Source of the DNA: an uncultured Myxococcales bacterium
GTDB lineage: Bacteria > Myxococcota_A > Polyangia > Palsa-1104 > JAEUJZ01
Length of the DNA: 64,000 nt
Direction of reading: 5' to 3'
Assembly (NCBI GenBank): GCA_964628555.1
Contig: CAZVMD010000006.1
Coordinates: 1,267 to 65,266, forward strand
In this document: one piece after another, positions 8,542 to 18,505 of the stretch
Position numbering within the stretch: position 1 is the stretch's first letter
Layout of the letters: every line of letters starts with the position of its first letter
The notes under the pieces: model-generated
Database searches by the model: none
What the model was told of the DNA's origin: nothing
What the model saw: the letters and a program-made list of their open reading frames with translations, nothing else
Made by a program: the position numbers and the translations under genes

Positions 8542-9764
8542 CTTGCGTGTTGCTGTGCTGCGGCCAGCGCGGCGTAGAAGCGCTCGCTGGGCGAAGGCAG
8601 CGCCCGCACTTGTGCGGTGTACAGAGCTTGCCGCTGTCGCTGCAGCGCTGCGCCCGCTTCGCCCAGGAGCTCGTCTAGCGTCGCCAGAAAACCGGCCTCG
8701 TCCAGGACGTCGACGCCGGCGATGGCGTCGAGGTATGGGTTGCCCTGCAGCACCGGCGCAAGGAGCTGCGACAGGCTGAGCGGCCAAGCGCGAAACGGGT
8801 ACAGCCCGCCGGCGCGTGCGACAAAGGTCTGGGCGGCCGCGGACGCCGGGGCCCGACTGACATCAGCAAGGCTGCCGATTAGCACCGGGACCTGTGCGGC
8901 CAGCGCGGCCATGACAGTTGTGGCGGCGATGTTGAAGCTGAGCAGCAGATCACTGGCCGCAAGCAGGCGCAGAAACTCGCTCGCCGGCTGCTGCGGTAGG
9001 TGGCGATAGCGGTCGCCTAGCCCGGCCGCTGCGGCGAACGGCTCGGGACCGATGTGCAGGACCCGCAGCGGGGTCGCCCCTTTGGGGTTCGCCAGATAGT
9101 GCGAAAGATAGGTACAGATCAGCTCGGGCAGCGCGTCCGCCATGCGCTGGCGGACCGGATGCAGCTGCTGCGAGGCGTGCTGCCACGCCGCGGATGGCCA
9201 GAAGATCAGCCTCTCACCGGGGCTGACACCGAGCGCCTGTCGCACCTGCGCTCGCTCCGCGGGCTCCAGAGTGATGGGCGGGGGTAGGGCATTGTAGGCG
9301 CCTGCGGCGGTCGGACGGACAAACGGCACCGGCACCAAGCGGTGGAGCACTTGCTTGACGTCTGGCCCGAGCTGAAATGTCTCGGGGTGGTAGTCCCAGT
9401 GCAGGCCGGCCTCGGGGACATTCCAGACATCGAGCGCAAGGACCGGAATCCCCGACTGCAGGAAGGTGTCAAAGCGACGGCCGCTGATGCCGAAGAACGT
9501 GTACACCGCGACCAGATCAATCAGCACGATGCTGTCGCAGCCCTCGCTGCGTGCGGTGTCGAGGATGGCTTCGTCCAAGCGGCTGAGTGCCAGATCAATG
9601 CGGCCATAGCGCACAGGCGCGGCGCGGATCGTCTTCTGTAGACCTGACGGCCCCAAGAACAGGACGCGGTCCCCCGCTGCGTGCAGGGCAGTGGCGAGCT
9701 GAACCCCCAGCAAGGCCTCGCCAAATCCCATGGCTGTAGCGGCAACAAACAAGTGCTTTCGCAT
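8538..9764 (-). CDS. GT-B-fold glycosyltransferase-like protein (degenerate; function unknown)
   Basis: ~409 aa. N-terminal Rossmann-like VLFLGPSGL. A C-terminal segment SDLLLSFNIAATTVMAALAAQVPVL resembles the MurG/GT1 donor-binding helix pattern. ATG at 9764. Convergent with tfuA and overlapping it by 4 nt. Confidence 0.4.
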   Translation of the reverse strand: MRKHLFVAATAMGFGEALLGVQLATALHAAGDRVLFLGPSGLQKTIRAAPVRYGRIDLALSRLDEAILDTARSEGCDSIVLIDLVAVYTFFGISGRRFDTFLQSGIPVLALDVWNVPEAGLHWDYHPETFQLGPDVKQVLHRLVPVPFVRPTAAGAYNALPPPITLEPAERAQVRQALGVSPGERLIFWPSAAWQHASQQLHPVRQRMADALPELICTYLSHYLANPKGATPLRVLHIGPEPFAAAAGLGDRYRHLPQQPASEFLRLLAASDLLLSFNIAATTVMAALAAQVPVLIGSLADVSRAPASAAAQTFVARAGGLYPFRAWPLSLSQLLAPVLQGNPYLDAIAGVDVLDEAGFLATLDELLGEAGAALQRQRQALYTAQVRALPSPSERFYAALAAAQQHAS

Positions 9765-9910
9765 GGATACGCCCACCCAGGGTTCATCGTAGCACGCCTC
9801 GTCGCTGACTAGGTTCCGCTGCCGAGCCCACGTGCTATCATCGACCGCGGGGCAATTCACGCACCTTCCGCGGGCGGCTGCCGATGACTCGGTTGAAGGG
9901 GTAACACTAC

Positions 9911-10735
9911 ATGGGCGAGCACGGGAACGAACACCAGGGTGGAGAGCACGGCGGTGAGCATCATGGGCCGCTGGGCCTCATGGGTCATATCGCGCACTAT
10001 GTCGGGGCGGGTGCACACGCGCTGCATCACCCGGCGGTGCACCATGCTCTGGAGCACGCCGGCAAGTTCGGCCACGCCGTCGCCGGTCCGCTAGGCAAGG
10101 CGCTGCCCTATGTCGGCGCCGTCGCTGGCACAGCGCAGGCCGGGATCGAAGGCTACGAGGCCTACGAGGCCTTCAAGCACGGTGGCGTGCATAACGATCA
10201 GGCCTGGGAGAAGGTCGGCGGCTCGGTGCTGGGTGGCGCGGGCGCGGCGCTCAGCTTCACGCCCTACGGCGCGGCGCTGGGACTCGGTGAGCTGGCCGTC
10301 GATGGCCTCGGCGCGCTGTCCGGCAAGGTGCTGGGCGAAGATGCGTCGTTTAACTCGGCGCAGGTAGTCGGTGGCGCCATCCGCGGCATGGTCGGCGACA
10401 AGTCGATGGGCTGGAAGGCCGGGACCGCGGTCTCGAACGCGCTCGGTGGCGGCTTCTGGGGCAACGCCGCGGGTGTGGCCACGGGAGCGGTGACCAACGC
10501 CGTCGCGGCGCCGGTAAACGCGCTCAACACGGTCGGCGGTGGCCTCGTCAACTGGGTCGGCAATGCGCTCGACTCGACGCCCGGCAAGCAGGACTACTGG
10601 GGCCAGGGCCTCAACGCAGTGGGCGGCGCGATCACCAGCGGGGCTAGCGCGGTCGGTGGTGCGCTCACCCGAGGCGCTGGCGCCGTCGGTCGCGGGCTGG
10701 GTCGCGCAGCCAGCTGGGTCGGCGGGCTCTTCTAA
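9911..10735 (+). CDS. Histidine-rich N-terminus / glycine-alanine-rich protein (274 aa), function unknown
   Basis: Good RBS GAAGGGG 9 nt upstream of the ATG. The first ~60 aa contain ~15 His (HGNEHQGGEHGGEHHG...HALHHPAVHHALEH). The rest is Gly/Ala-rich with GxxxG-type spacing. No signal peptide. Divergent from the GT-B-like gene. Confidence 0.5.
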   Translation: MGEHGNEHQGGEHGGEHHGPLGLMGHIAHYVGAGAHALHHPAVHHALEHAGKFGHAVAGPLGKALPYVGAVAGTAQAGIEGYEAYEAFKHGGVHNDQAWEKVGGSVLGGAGAALSFTPYGAALGLGELAVDGLGALSGKVLGEDASFNSAQVVGGAIRGMVGDKSMGWKAGTAVSNALGGGFWGNAAGVATGAVTNAVAAPVNALNTVGGGLVNWVGNALDSTPGKQDYWGQGLNAVGGAITSGASAVGGALTRGAGAVGRGLGRAASWVGGLF

Positions 10736-10969
10736 GCCGCGATCGTACTCGGCCGTCTCGTCGCTCCGTCGCCAGGGCCCGTCGGGCCCTCGCTTCCCCC
10801 TCATCCCTTCACATTCCTGATGCCCTTCTTCCGCTGGCTGGCCGAAGTGCAGCAGCGCAGGTCACGTCGCGCACTTCCGAACCGCTGGTTCTCGCTACTG
10901 CACGCGCTGCCGCAGCCAGCTGTCTTGGCGGCCAGCCTCTGAATCTTCGCCGTCGGCGACGCGGCATTC

Positions 10970-11875
10970 ATGTACACTTTTGCTATGCAGCTTGTGAATA
11001 TGCTCTCGGGCTGGGCCAAGATGCCGATGGCCGATGGGATTGTCCTTGTACCGCAAGAGGGGCCGCAAGCCGGGGGGATTCGCATCCATGAGCGCTGTCG
11101 CCCGCTGCGCCGCTTCAGCGCCATCCTGACCGACATCATCGCGGGTCTGCCCGAGCACCATACGTCGCTGCAGATCGGCCCGCTGCAGCGGCTGGTGACG
11201 CACGAAGGCGAGCATGCCGGACTGATCACGCTGACCGCCAAGACCCAGGACGGGGGACCGGCCGAGCGCACCATCGGCATCATCCTCGGCGATGACAGCT
11301 ACGCCATGGTGGATGGCGCGGTGATCAAGCCCGAGCGCTTTGCCGAGGTGCGGCAGATGGTGCAGCTGATCACCGAAGGCTTCTTCCTGGGGCTTGGGGA
11401 TCAGCGTCGCCGCCGCTACTTCTTTACCCCGCCTTCTGGCTGGCGCGGCCTGGGGCGAGTTCACACCAGCCGCTACTACCATCCGCAGTACCCGCGCGAG
11501 CCGGCCATCATTACGGTCCACGATACTCGGCCGGCCACGGTCACCGTTTCTGAGGTCACGGATCGGCTGCTGTTTCAGGACTTCACTGGCGGTCTAGAGC
11601 GCGATCCGCCGGCGCCGCCGACCCCGATCGTGGCGCGCAGTGGGCTGGCGGGTCAGATTGTGCGGATCAGCGGGCACCATCCCTCGGGTCGGCACCTGGC
11701 CTTCGTGCAGGCCACGCTGGTCGACAGTCGCTTTTCGTACACCATCGTGCTGGAGACGACGGTGGAGGCGCTGCCCAAGCACCTGCCCACCCTGACCGAG
11801 ATGGCGCTGTCGATCGTGCCTGTGCCACCGCGCAAGACGCAGAGTGCGAGTGCGCTGATTGCCTGGGCCGATTAG
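10970..11875 (+). CDS. Hypothetical protein (301 aa)
   Basis: Long ORF with ordinary amino-acid composition and no recognisable motif. Several in-frame ATGs (10970-11027), so the start is uncertain. Confidence 0.45.
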   Translation: MYTFAMQLVNMLSGWAKMPMADGIVLVPQEGPQAGGIRIHERCRPLRRFSAILTDIIAGLPEHHTSLQIGPLQRLVTHEGEHAGLITLTAKTQDGGPAERTIGIILGDDSYAMVDGAVIKPERFAEVRQMVQLITEGFFLGLGDQRRRRYFFTPPSGWRGLGRVHTSRYYHPQYPREPAIITVHDTRPATVTVSEVTDRLLFQDFTGGLERDPPAPPTPIVARSGLAGQIVRISGHHPSGRHLAFVQATLVDSRFSYTIVLETTVEALPKHLPTLTEMALSIVPVPPRKTQSASALIAWAD

Positions 11876-11974
11876 GCAGGCCACGGGCGACGCGGAAACG
11901 ATTCCGCTGACCGCGCCGCCAGGCTGCGCTAGGCTGCCCCGTACAGCACTTTACTTTCGAGACTGAGGGTCGAG

Positions 11975-12184
11975 ATGGGCGAAGCGAGATCGGGTCTATA
12001 TCTGCTGTTTAGCGCCATCGGCATCGCGCTGGCGATCGCGTTCTGGTATCCGCGGTTGCCGCCGGAAAAACGTCAGGGCTGGCTGAAGCTCCTCGTGACC
12101 ATTTACTTGGGCATCACGATCCCGGGCGTGGTGGTGATTGGCATCCTGTGGTTGATCAAAAAGTTCGTCCTGCATAACGCCTAG
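11975..12184 (+). CDS. Small two-TM membrane protein (paralog of 6174..6503)
   Basis: 69 aa, two hydrophobic helices, homologous to the C-terminal 2/3 of the 6174..6503 product. Lies in inverted orientation relative to its paralog. Confidence 0.5.
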   Translation: MGEARSGLYLLFSAIGIALAIAFWYPRLPPEKRQGWLKLLVTIYLGITIPGVVVIGILWLIKKFVLHNA

Positions 12185-12209
12185 GCTGCACAGCCGAGGA
12201 GCACAGCCG

Positions 12210-12710
12210 ATGAAGTTGCAACTGCCGGTTCGTCCCGAGTGGCCGCAGAAACAGATCCCGCAGGGCTTGGTGGTACAGCTTGCCCCCGAGGTCACGCTGT
12301 TTAGCGAAGTCTGCCTGCCGCTGCCCTTTGACCTGCAGCGCTGGGGCGATCAGGTCGTGATGTTTAACGTGCCGCCGGGGCAGCTCGTGGTCCACGCGGT
12401 GACCGACGGCGTGACGCGCGCTGGCTGGCCGGTGACGCTGGTCAAGTCGGATGTCCTCGACCGACCCGGCGGGCAGGCACAGCTACGCCGCATTCACGCG
12501 CTGTATCGCTTTACGCAGTACGGCGCCGTGGCTGTCGTCGTCGGGCCGCCGTCGCGCATGGATGCGCTGGAAGGCGACTTGGTCAACTTCTTGGCTGAAG
12601 GCCAGCCCGACTTTGCCAGCGATGAGGTGATCGCCCTGGCCGAGGTGTTCGAGGGCATAGCCGAGGTCGTGCTCACCCCCGCCGGCGCGCCGCCTGCCCC
12701 CAGCCCCTAG
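12210..12710 (+). CDS. Hypothetical protein (166 aa), immediately downstream of the small membrane protein
   Basis: ORF 25 nt after the previous stop. No recognisable motif. Confidence 0.45.
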   Translation: MKLQLPVRPEWPQKQIPQGLVVQLAPEVTLFSEVCLPLPFDLQRWGDQVVMFNVPPGQLVVHAVTDGVTRAGWPVTLVKSDVLDRPGGQAQLRRIHALYRFTQYGAVAVVVGPPSRMDALEGDLVNFLAEGQPDFASDEVIALAEVFEGIAEVVLTPAGAPPAPSP

Positions 12711-12727
12711 GCCGCGGCCTCCCGCGC

Positions 12728-14179
12728 CTAAAGAGCGCTGGCGCACTTGGCCGCTGGCTGTGGCTGGCACTTCGAGGCCGGCAGCGGCATCCCGGCCTTG
12801 CGCGCGTCGAAGAAGTTGAACACGTCATCCATCGAATCGGTGATGGTGTGGACGTGATCGGCTCCGGCGCACTGCAAGTACTGCACCTGGGCTCCCTTCT
12901 GGCACCACGAGGCCATCACCGGATCATTGGCCGCCGGAATCACCGTCGTGTCTTTGTCGCCGGTGACATACAGGATCGGCACGCTGGTGTTGACCGGCAG
13001 GCTCATCGTCGCCGGGTTGTTGTAGTGCAGCCAGCAGCTCCAGGGATCGTTCTTCTGGTTCTGCGTGACGGCGCCGAGGAACGGCATGGTGAACACCTGC
13101 GCCGGGTCGGTGACGTTCTTGATCGGATCGCTGTAGCTGCTATTGCAGTAGTTCTTAAGCTGCGTCAGCGCTGTACCATCCCAGGGCGGCAGCAGCGAGC
13201 GTGAGATCTGGCTGCGATCGTAGTAGTCGCTCCAGGTATAAGCGATGGCTTGGCCCAGGTTGTAAGTGGGCGCGGGACCGGCGAAGTTGGCGCGCGCACT
13301 CTCGGGCAGGTCGGCCGGCGGTGACACGGCGGCGGCACCCTTGAGCGTAAACTCCGGCGCGTAGAACGGCTGCATCGCCAGCGTGTACTGCACCGCTTGT
13401 GCCCCCTGCGAGTGACCCCACAGATACATCTCGCTGGTGGCGCTGACGCTCTCGTTGGCGGTGAGATATTTCTGCGCGGCGCGCGCCGCATCCAGCGAGG
13501 CCAGAGCCGTCGGCTCCAGCAACAGATACGGCGAGGTGGCCGTCGATGCCGCGCCCAGGCTGCGCTGGTTGAGGTAGTCGGGAAACACCGCGACATAGCC
13601 GGCCGAGGCCATCAGCATCGAGAGGATGGTCATCGGGGCGGTAAAGTCGCCGGCCTTGCGCGACGGCGCGCACTCATCCGTGTAGCCAAGCGTCGGGTGC
13701 AGGAAGAGCACGATAGGGAAGCTCTTGCCGCTGGCGGTTGGCCACGTCACCATCGCCGTCGCATCGACTAGCTGACCGCGATCCTGCGTCTGATAGCGCA
13801 CCGTGGCGGTATGCACGCCGTACTGCGGCGAGCGGTGCACATTGAGCTGCGATCCCAAGAACGCCACCGCCTGCAGCGTCGAGATGAACAGCGTGTTGGC
13901 GCCCAGGAAGTTCTTCGACTTCTGCAGCACGTTGCCCATGCTGGTGCTCGGCTGCCAGCTATACGCGGTCTGGCCGCAGATCGCCGGGCTCTTGGCATCC
14001 CAGGGCGGAAACATCGGCGTCATCGGGGTGTCGCCCCCGTCGCCGCCGCCGCCATCTAGGTTGCCATCCCCGCCATCGGGGTTATCGGTGCCGCTACTCG
14101 ATGTGCCGCCGCAGGCCACCGAAAACGACAGAGCCAAGGCTAAAGAGATCGAGACCTGTTTGCTGCGCCGCATCTGCAT
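12728..14179 (-). CDS. Secreted lipoprotein lipase (secretory-lipase / LIP family alpha/beta hydrolase)
   Basis: Lipobox LSFSVAC after MQMRRSK. GAGGGGG RBS 4 nt before the ATG at 14179. Nucleophile motif GHSQGA. Size and layout fit the PF03583-type secretory lipase family. Confidence 0.6.
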   Translation of the reverse strand: MQMRRSKQVSISLALALSFSVACGGTSSSGTDNPDGGDGNLDGGGGDGGDTPMTPMFPPWDAKSPAICGQTAYSWQPSTSMGNVLQKSKNFLGANTLFISTLQAVAFLGSQLNVHRSPQYGVHTATVRYQTQDRGQLVDATAMVTWPTASGKSFPIVLFLHPTLGYTDECAPSRKAGDFTAPMTILSMLMASAGYVAVFPDYLNQRSLGAASTATSPYLLLEPTALASLDAARAAQKYLTANESVSATSEMYLWGHSQGAQAVQYTLAMQPFYAPEFTLKGAAAVSPPADLPESARANFAGPAPTYNLGQAIAYTWSDYYDRSQISRSLLPPWDGTALTQLKNYCNSSYSDPIKNVTDPAQVFTMPFLGAVTQNQKNDPWSCWLHYNNPATMSLPVNTSVPILYVTGDKDTTVIPAANDPVMASWCQKGAQVQYLQCAGADHVHTITDSMDDVFNFFDARKAGMPLPASKCQPQPAAKCASAL

Positions 14180-14287
14180 TCGCCCCCTCGTGCAGACAGA
14201 AACCAACAGCATGATATCAAGTGCCGGACCTCCGACGCATGCTTGGTTTTTTTGGTCGGCAGGCGAATGACTCTAGAATTTCGAGTC

Positions 14288-15976
14288 ATGCGCATGCAAA
14301 AAGCCACCCTGTCGAGACTTCTTGTCGGTCCGCTGCTGTTTTCGCTGCTGCTGTCAGCGTGCAAAGAGGAGCAGCCGGTACCGCCGCCCGCGGTCAATCC
14401 AGCGGGGCCGGCCGGCGCGCCTGCGGCGACTGCAGCCGGAGCTACGCAGCCTGCGGTCGTCGAGAAGCCGGCGGCCGCGCCCAAGGCTCCGGTTGGTATG
14501 CAGAACCCGTTTCCCCACCTGACCACCGAAGCCTCAGCGCCGTTTAATCGCGGCTGGGCCGCGCTCAAAGCCAAGAAGTATGAGGACGCTGCGACGGCCT
14601 TTGGCGAGGTGGGGACGCAGCTTCCTGACTACCTGAATGCTCGCTATCAAGCGGCGCGCGCCCTTGTGCTGGCCGGCAAGCTGGCCGAGGCCCGCGCCCA
14701 GTTTGAAGAGCTCCTGCGACGGAGCTACGTCGGCTACTCCGATCGGATCAGCAAGCAGAAGGAGCTAGCGCCGTTTCGCGCCTCCGCCGAGTGGGCGGCG
14801 TATCAGCAGGCCGAAGCCCGGGTGCGCGCCGACTATGCCGAAGGCCTAGCTCAGGGGCTGGTGCTCGTCGCCCGCGCCGGTGCTGTCGACCCGCTGGCCT
14901 TCGCTGCCAGCAAGACCGCCGGGGTACAGGAAGCGAAGCTCGACTGGAAGCAGGAGGTCTATCACTACGACGTCGCGGCAGCGCGCTTTCGGCCGCTCAC
15001 GGCGAGCGATGGTCATGTCCTGGTGGCGCTGCGCTCGCCCGATGGCAAGCGACTGGTCTTTGTCACTGCTGACCGGGTTGCGCGCCTGGAGAAAGACGCT
15101 GCCGATCCGCGCGCCAAGGTCTGGTTCGTCGAGCCGCAGCTCTACTTCCTCGACCTTGGCAGCCTCGATTTGGCTGGCCCGATCAAGCTGGTCGGGGGCT
15201 ATGAAGAGCTGACGATTGGCTTTGGCCAGAGCGGCACGGCGCTGCTTTCGACTCCCGGCGTGGTGGCGGGCAGCGGGGAGGGGACCGCCGCCGGCACCTA
15301 TGAGATGGACACCGCGCGCACCGGCCTGACCAAGGCGGCCAGCGACCCCGACTTCAGCGGCGAGCGCGTGGTGATTCGTCCCGACCGCCTGCTGCGCAGC
15401 GAGCGCCCCGCTCCGGCCGGTGTGACCGTAGCCGAAGATCGTCACAGCCTGCGCCTGGGCAGCAGTGGGGCGGTCATCACCTCGGCGCGCACCTTATCGC
15501 CCACATCGCTGGCCTGGTCGCCGAACCAGGCGCTGTTTGCCTACGCTGGTCAGCTGGATAGCTGCGCGGCCCTGCGCGACGAAAAAGCCAAGGCGGCGCA
15601 GAACGAGCTCTTCATCTATGAAGTCGAAAAGAAGAGCGCGCAGCGCATCGACAGCGGGGCTAGCCAGTTCGAGCTGCAGTGGCTGAGCGAAAACCTCCTT
15701 GCCTACGAGAGTGGGGCGGGCGCCAAGGCGAGCCTTCACCTGTACGACGTGGCGGCGCGCAAGAAGACGACGCTGCCGCTCAAAAATGGCGCTGGCTTCG
15801 TCGGCCTGCCGACCCTGTCCTGTGGCCCGCCCGCCTCGGCTGCGACTGCCGCTCCCGCCGCTGCCCCCGCCCCGCCCGCGCCGGCCCCCGCCGCTCCCCC
15901 TGCGGCCGCTACTCCGCCTGCCCCTGGCAGTGCCGGTTCGCCCCCGTCCGCTGCTCCGGCTGCCGCTGCCCCGTAG
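14288..15976 (+). CDS. Lipoprotein with an N-terminal TPR-like region, a TolB/WD40-like beta-propeller region and a Pro/Ala-rich tail
   Basis: Signal plus lipobox LLLSAC. Segments like VALRSPDGKRLVF and LAWSPNQALFAY fit a beta-propeller. The C-terminal tail is PA-rich low-complexity. Confidence 0.55.
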   Translation: MRMQKATLSRLLVGPLLFSLLLSACKEEQPVPPPAVNPAGPAGAPAATAAGATQPAVVEKPAAAPKAPVGMQNPFPHLTTEASAPFNRGWAALKAKKYEDAATAFGEVGTQLPDYLNARYQAARALVLAGKLAEARAQFEELLRRSYVGYSDRISKQKELAPFRASAEWAAYQQAEARVRADYAEGLAQGLVLVARAGAVDPLAFAASKTAGVQEAKLDWKQEVYHYDVAAARFRPLTASDGHVLVALRSPDGKRLVFVTADRVARLEKDAADPRAKVWFVEPQLYFLDLGSLDLAGPIKLVGGYEELTIGFGQSGTALLSTPGVVAGSGEGTAAGTYEMDTARTGLTKAASDPDFSGERVVIRPDRLLRSERPAPAGVTVAEDRHSLRLGSSGAVITSARTLSPTSLAWSPNQALFAYAGQLDSCAALRDEKAKAAQNELFIYEVEKKSAQRIDSGASQFELQWLSENLLAYESGAGAKASLHLYDVAARKKTTLPLKNGAGFVGLPTLSCGPPASAATAAPAAAPAPPAPAPAAPPAAATPPAPGSAGSPPSAAPAAAAP

Positions 15977-16053
15977 CGACGGATTTCACACAGCTTTGCA
16001 AATCTCCAAAAAAGGCCGCATAGGCCTTGCTCCGACGGAGTACCATCGTTTTG

Positions 16054-17694
<1,641 letters not shown>

Positions 17695-17780
17695 CCGCGA
17701 GCCCTCGATGCCTGGTTCGCCTGGCGCTGCCCGCGTGTCGATCGGGCTGCAGCCACGCCCTGCGCGGGCGACGTGCTCGG

Positions 17781-18374
17781 CTAGCTTGGCGACGGCTGGC
17801 GAAAGCGTCGGCGCAGGTTCGCTTCTAGCAGGAACAGGAGCAGCAGCACCGGCGTGGTGAAGAACGAATAGAGCGTGTAGCCAAGCAGGAGCGGAATCAG
17901 CGGCTCCAAGATCTTCTGGAACAGGCCCAGCGAATACAGGGCACCGGGGCCAAGATACAGCCCGGTCGCCAGCCAGCAGGCTCCCTCGAAGCTCGACGCG
18001 GCGTGGAGCAGGAACCACAAGCGCCAGACGACGATGGTAAGCCCCAGGATGCCCTGCCACATGAGCAGCGTCGTCAGCAGCGCCAGGTTGGCCAGCGTGC
18101 CCTTGAACTCACTTAAGTTCTGGCTGTTCACCACCAGGCCCAGCCACAGCACGACATCGACCACGACCAGTGCCAAAAACGGCAGCGCGATCACTAGCGG
18201 CCGCAGCGGTGCGCTCGGCACTAGCTCGCGATACTCGCGCCGGGCCCAGCTGACCATGAACGGAACGATCAGATAGGTCAGTGGCCCCAAGAGGACGCCG
18301 ATGCGGATGAAGTCATCTTTGCCCAGGCAACCCGACAGCAAGGTGACCAGCAGCAGGCAGCCGATGCGGTGCAT
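17781..18374 (-). CDS. Hypothetical multi-pass membrane protein
   Basis: Highly hydrophobic ORF with 5-6 predicted TM helices. The start at MHRIG is a guess. Confidence 0.45.
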   Translation of the reverse strand: MHRIGCLLLVTLLSGCLGKDDFIRIGVLLGPLTYLIVPFMVSWARREYRELVPSAPLRPLVIALPFLALVVVDVVLWLGLVVNSQNLSEFKGTLANLALLTTLLMWQGILGLTIVVWRLWFLLHAASSFEGACWLATGLYLGPGALYSLGLFQKILEPLIPLLLGYTLYSFFTTPVLLLLFLLEANLRRRFRQPSPS

Positions 18375-18505
18375 GGCAATATCGTAGAGACAAACGCTAG
18401 CCGCCGTCGAGTGCCGCGTATACCAAAGTGACCCTTGGGCCGGCAGCAAGTCGCTCTTTTCGCGCTGACGGCGGTTCGCCAGCAGGTGACTGGCGTCGGG
18501 CCAGT

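Noticed and set aside
10736-10969. GGGCCCGTCGGGCCC hairpin as a terminator for the Gly-rich gene
   Set aside because: The stem is short (6 bp) and is not followed by a T-tract. It was noted but not annotated.
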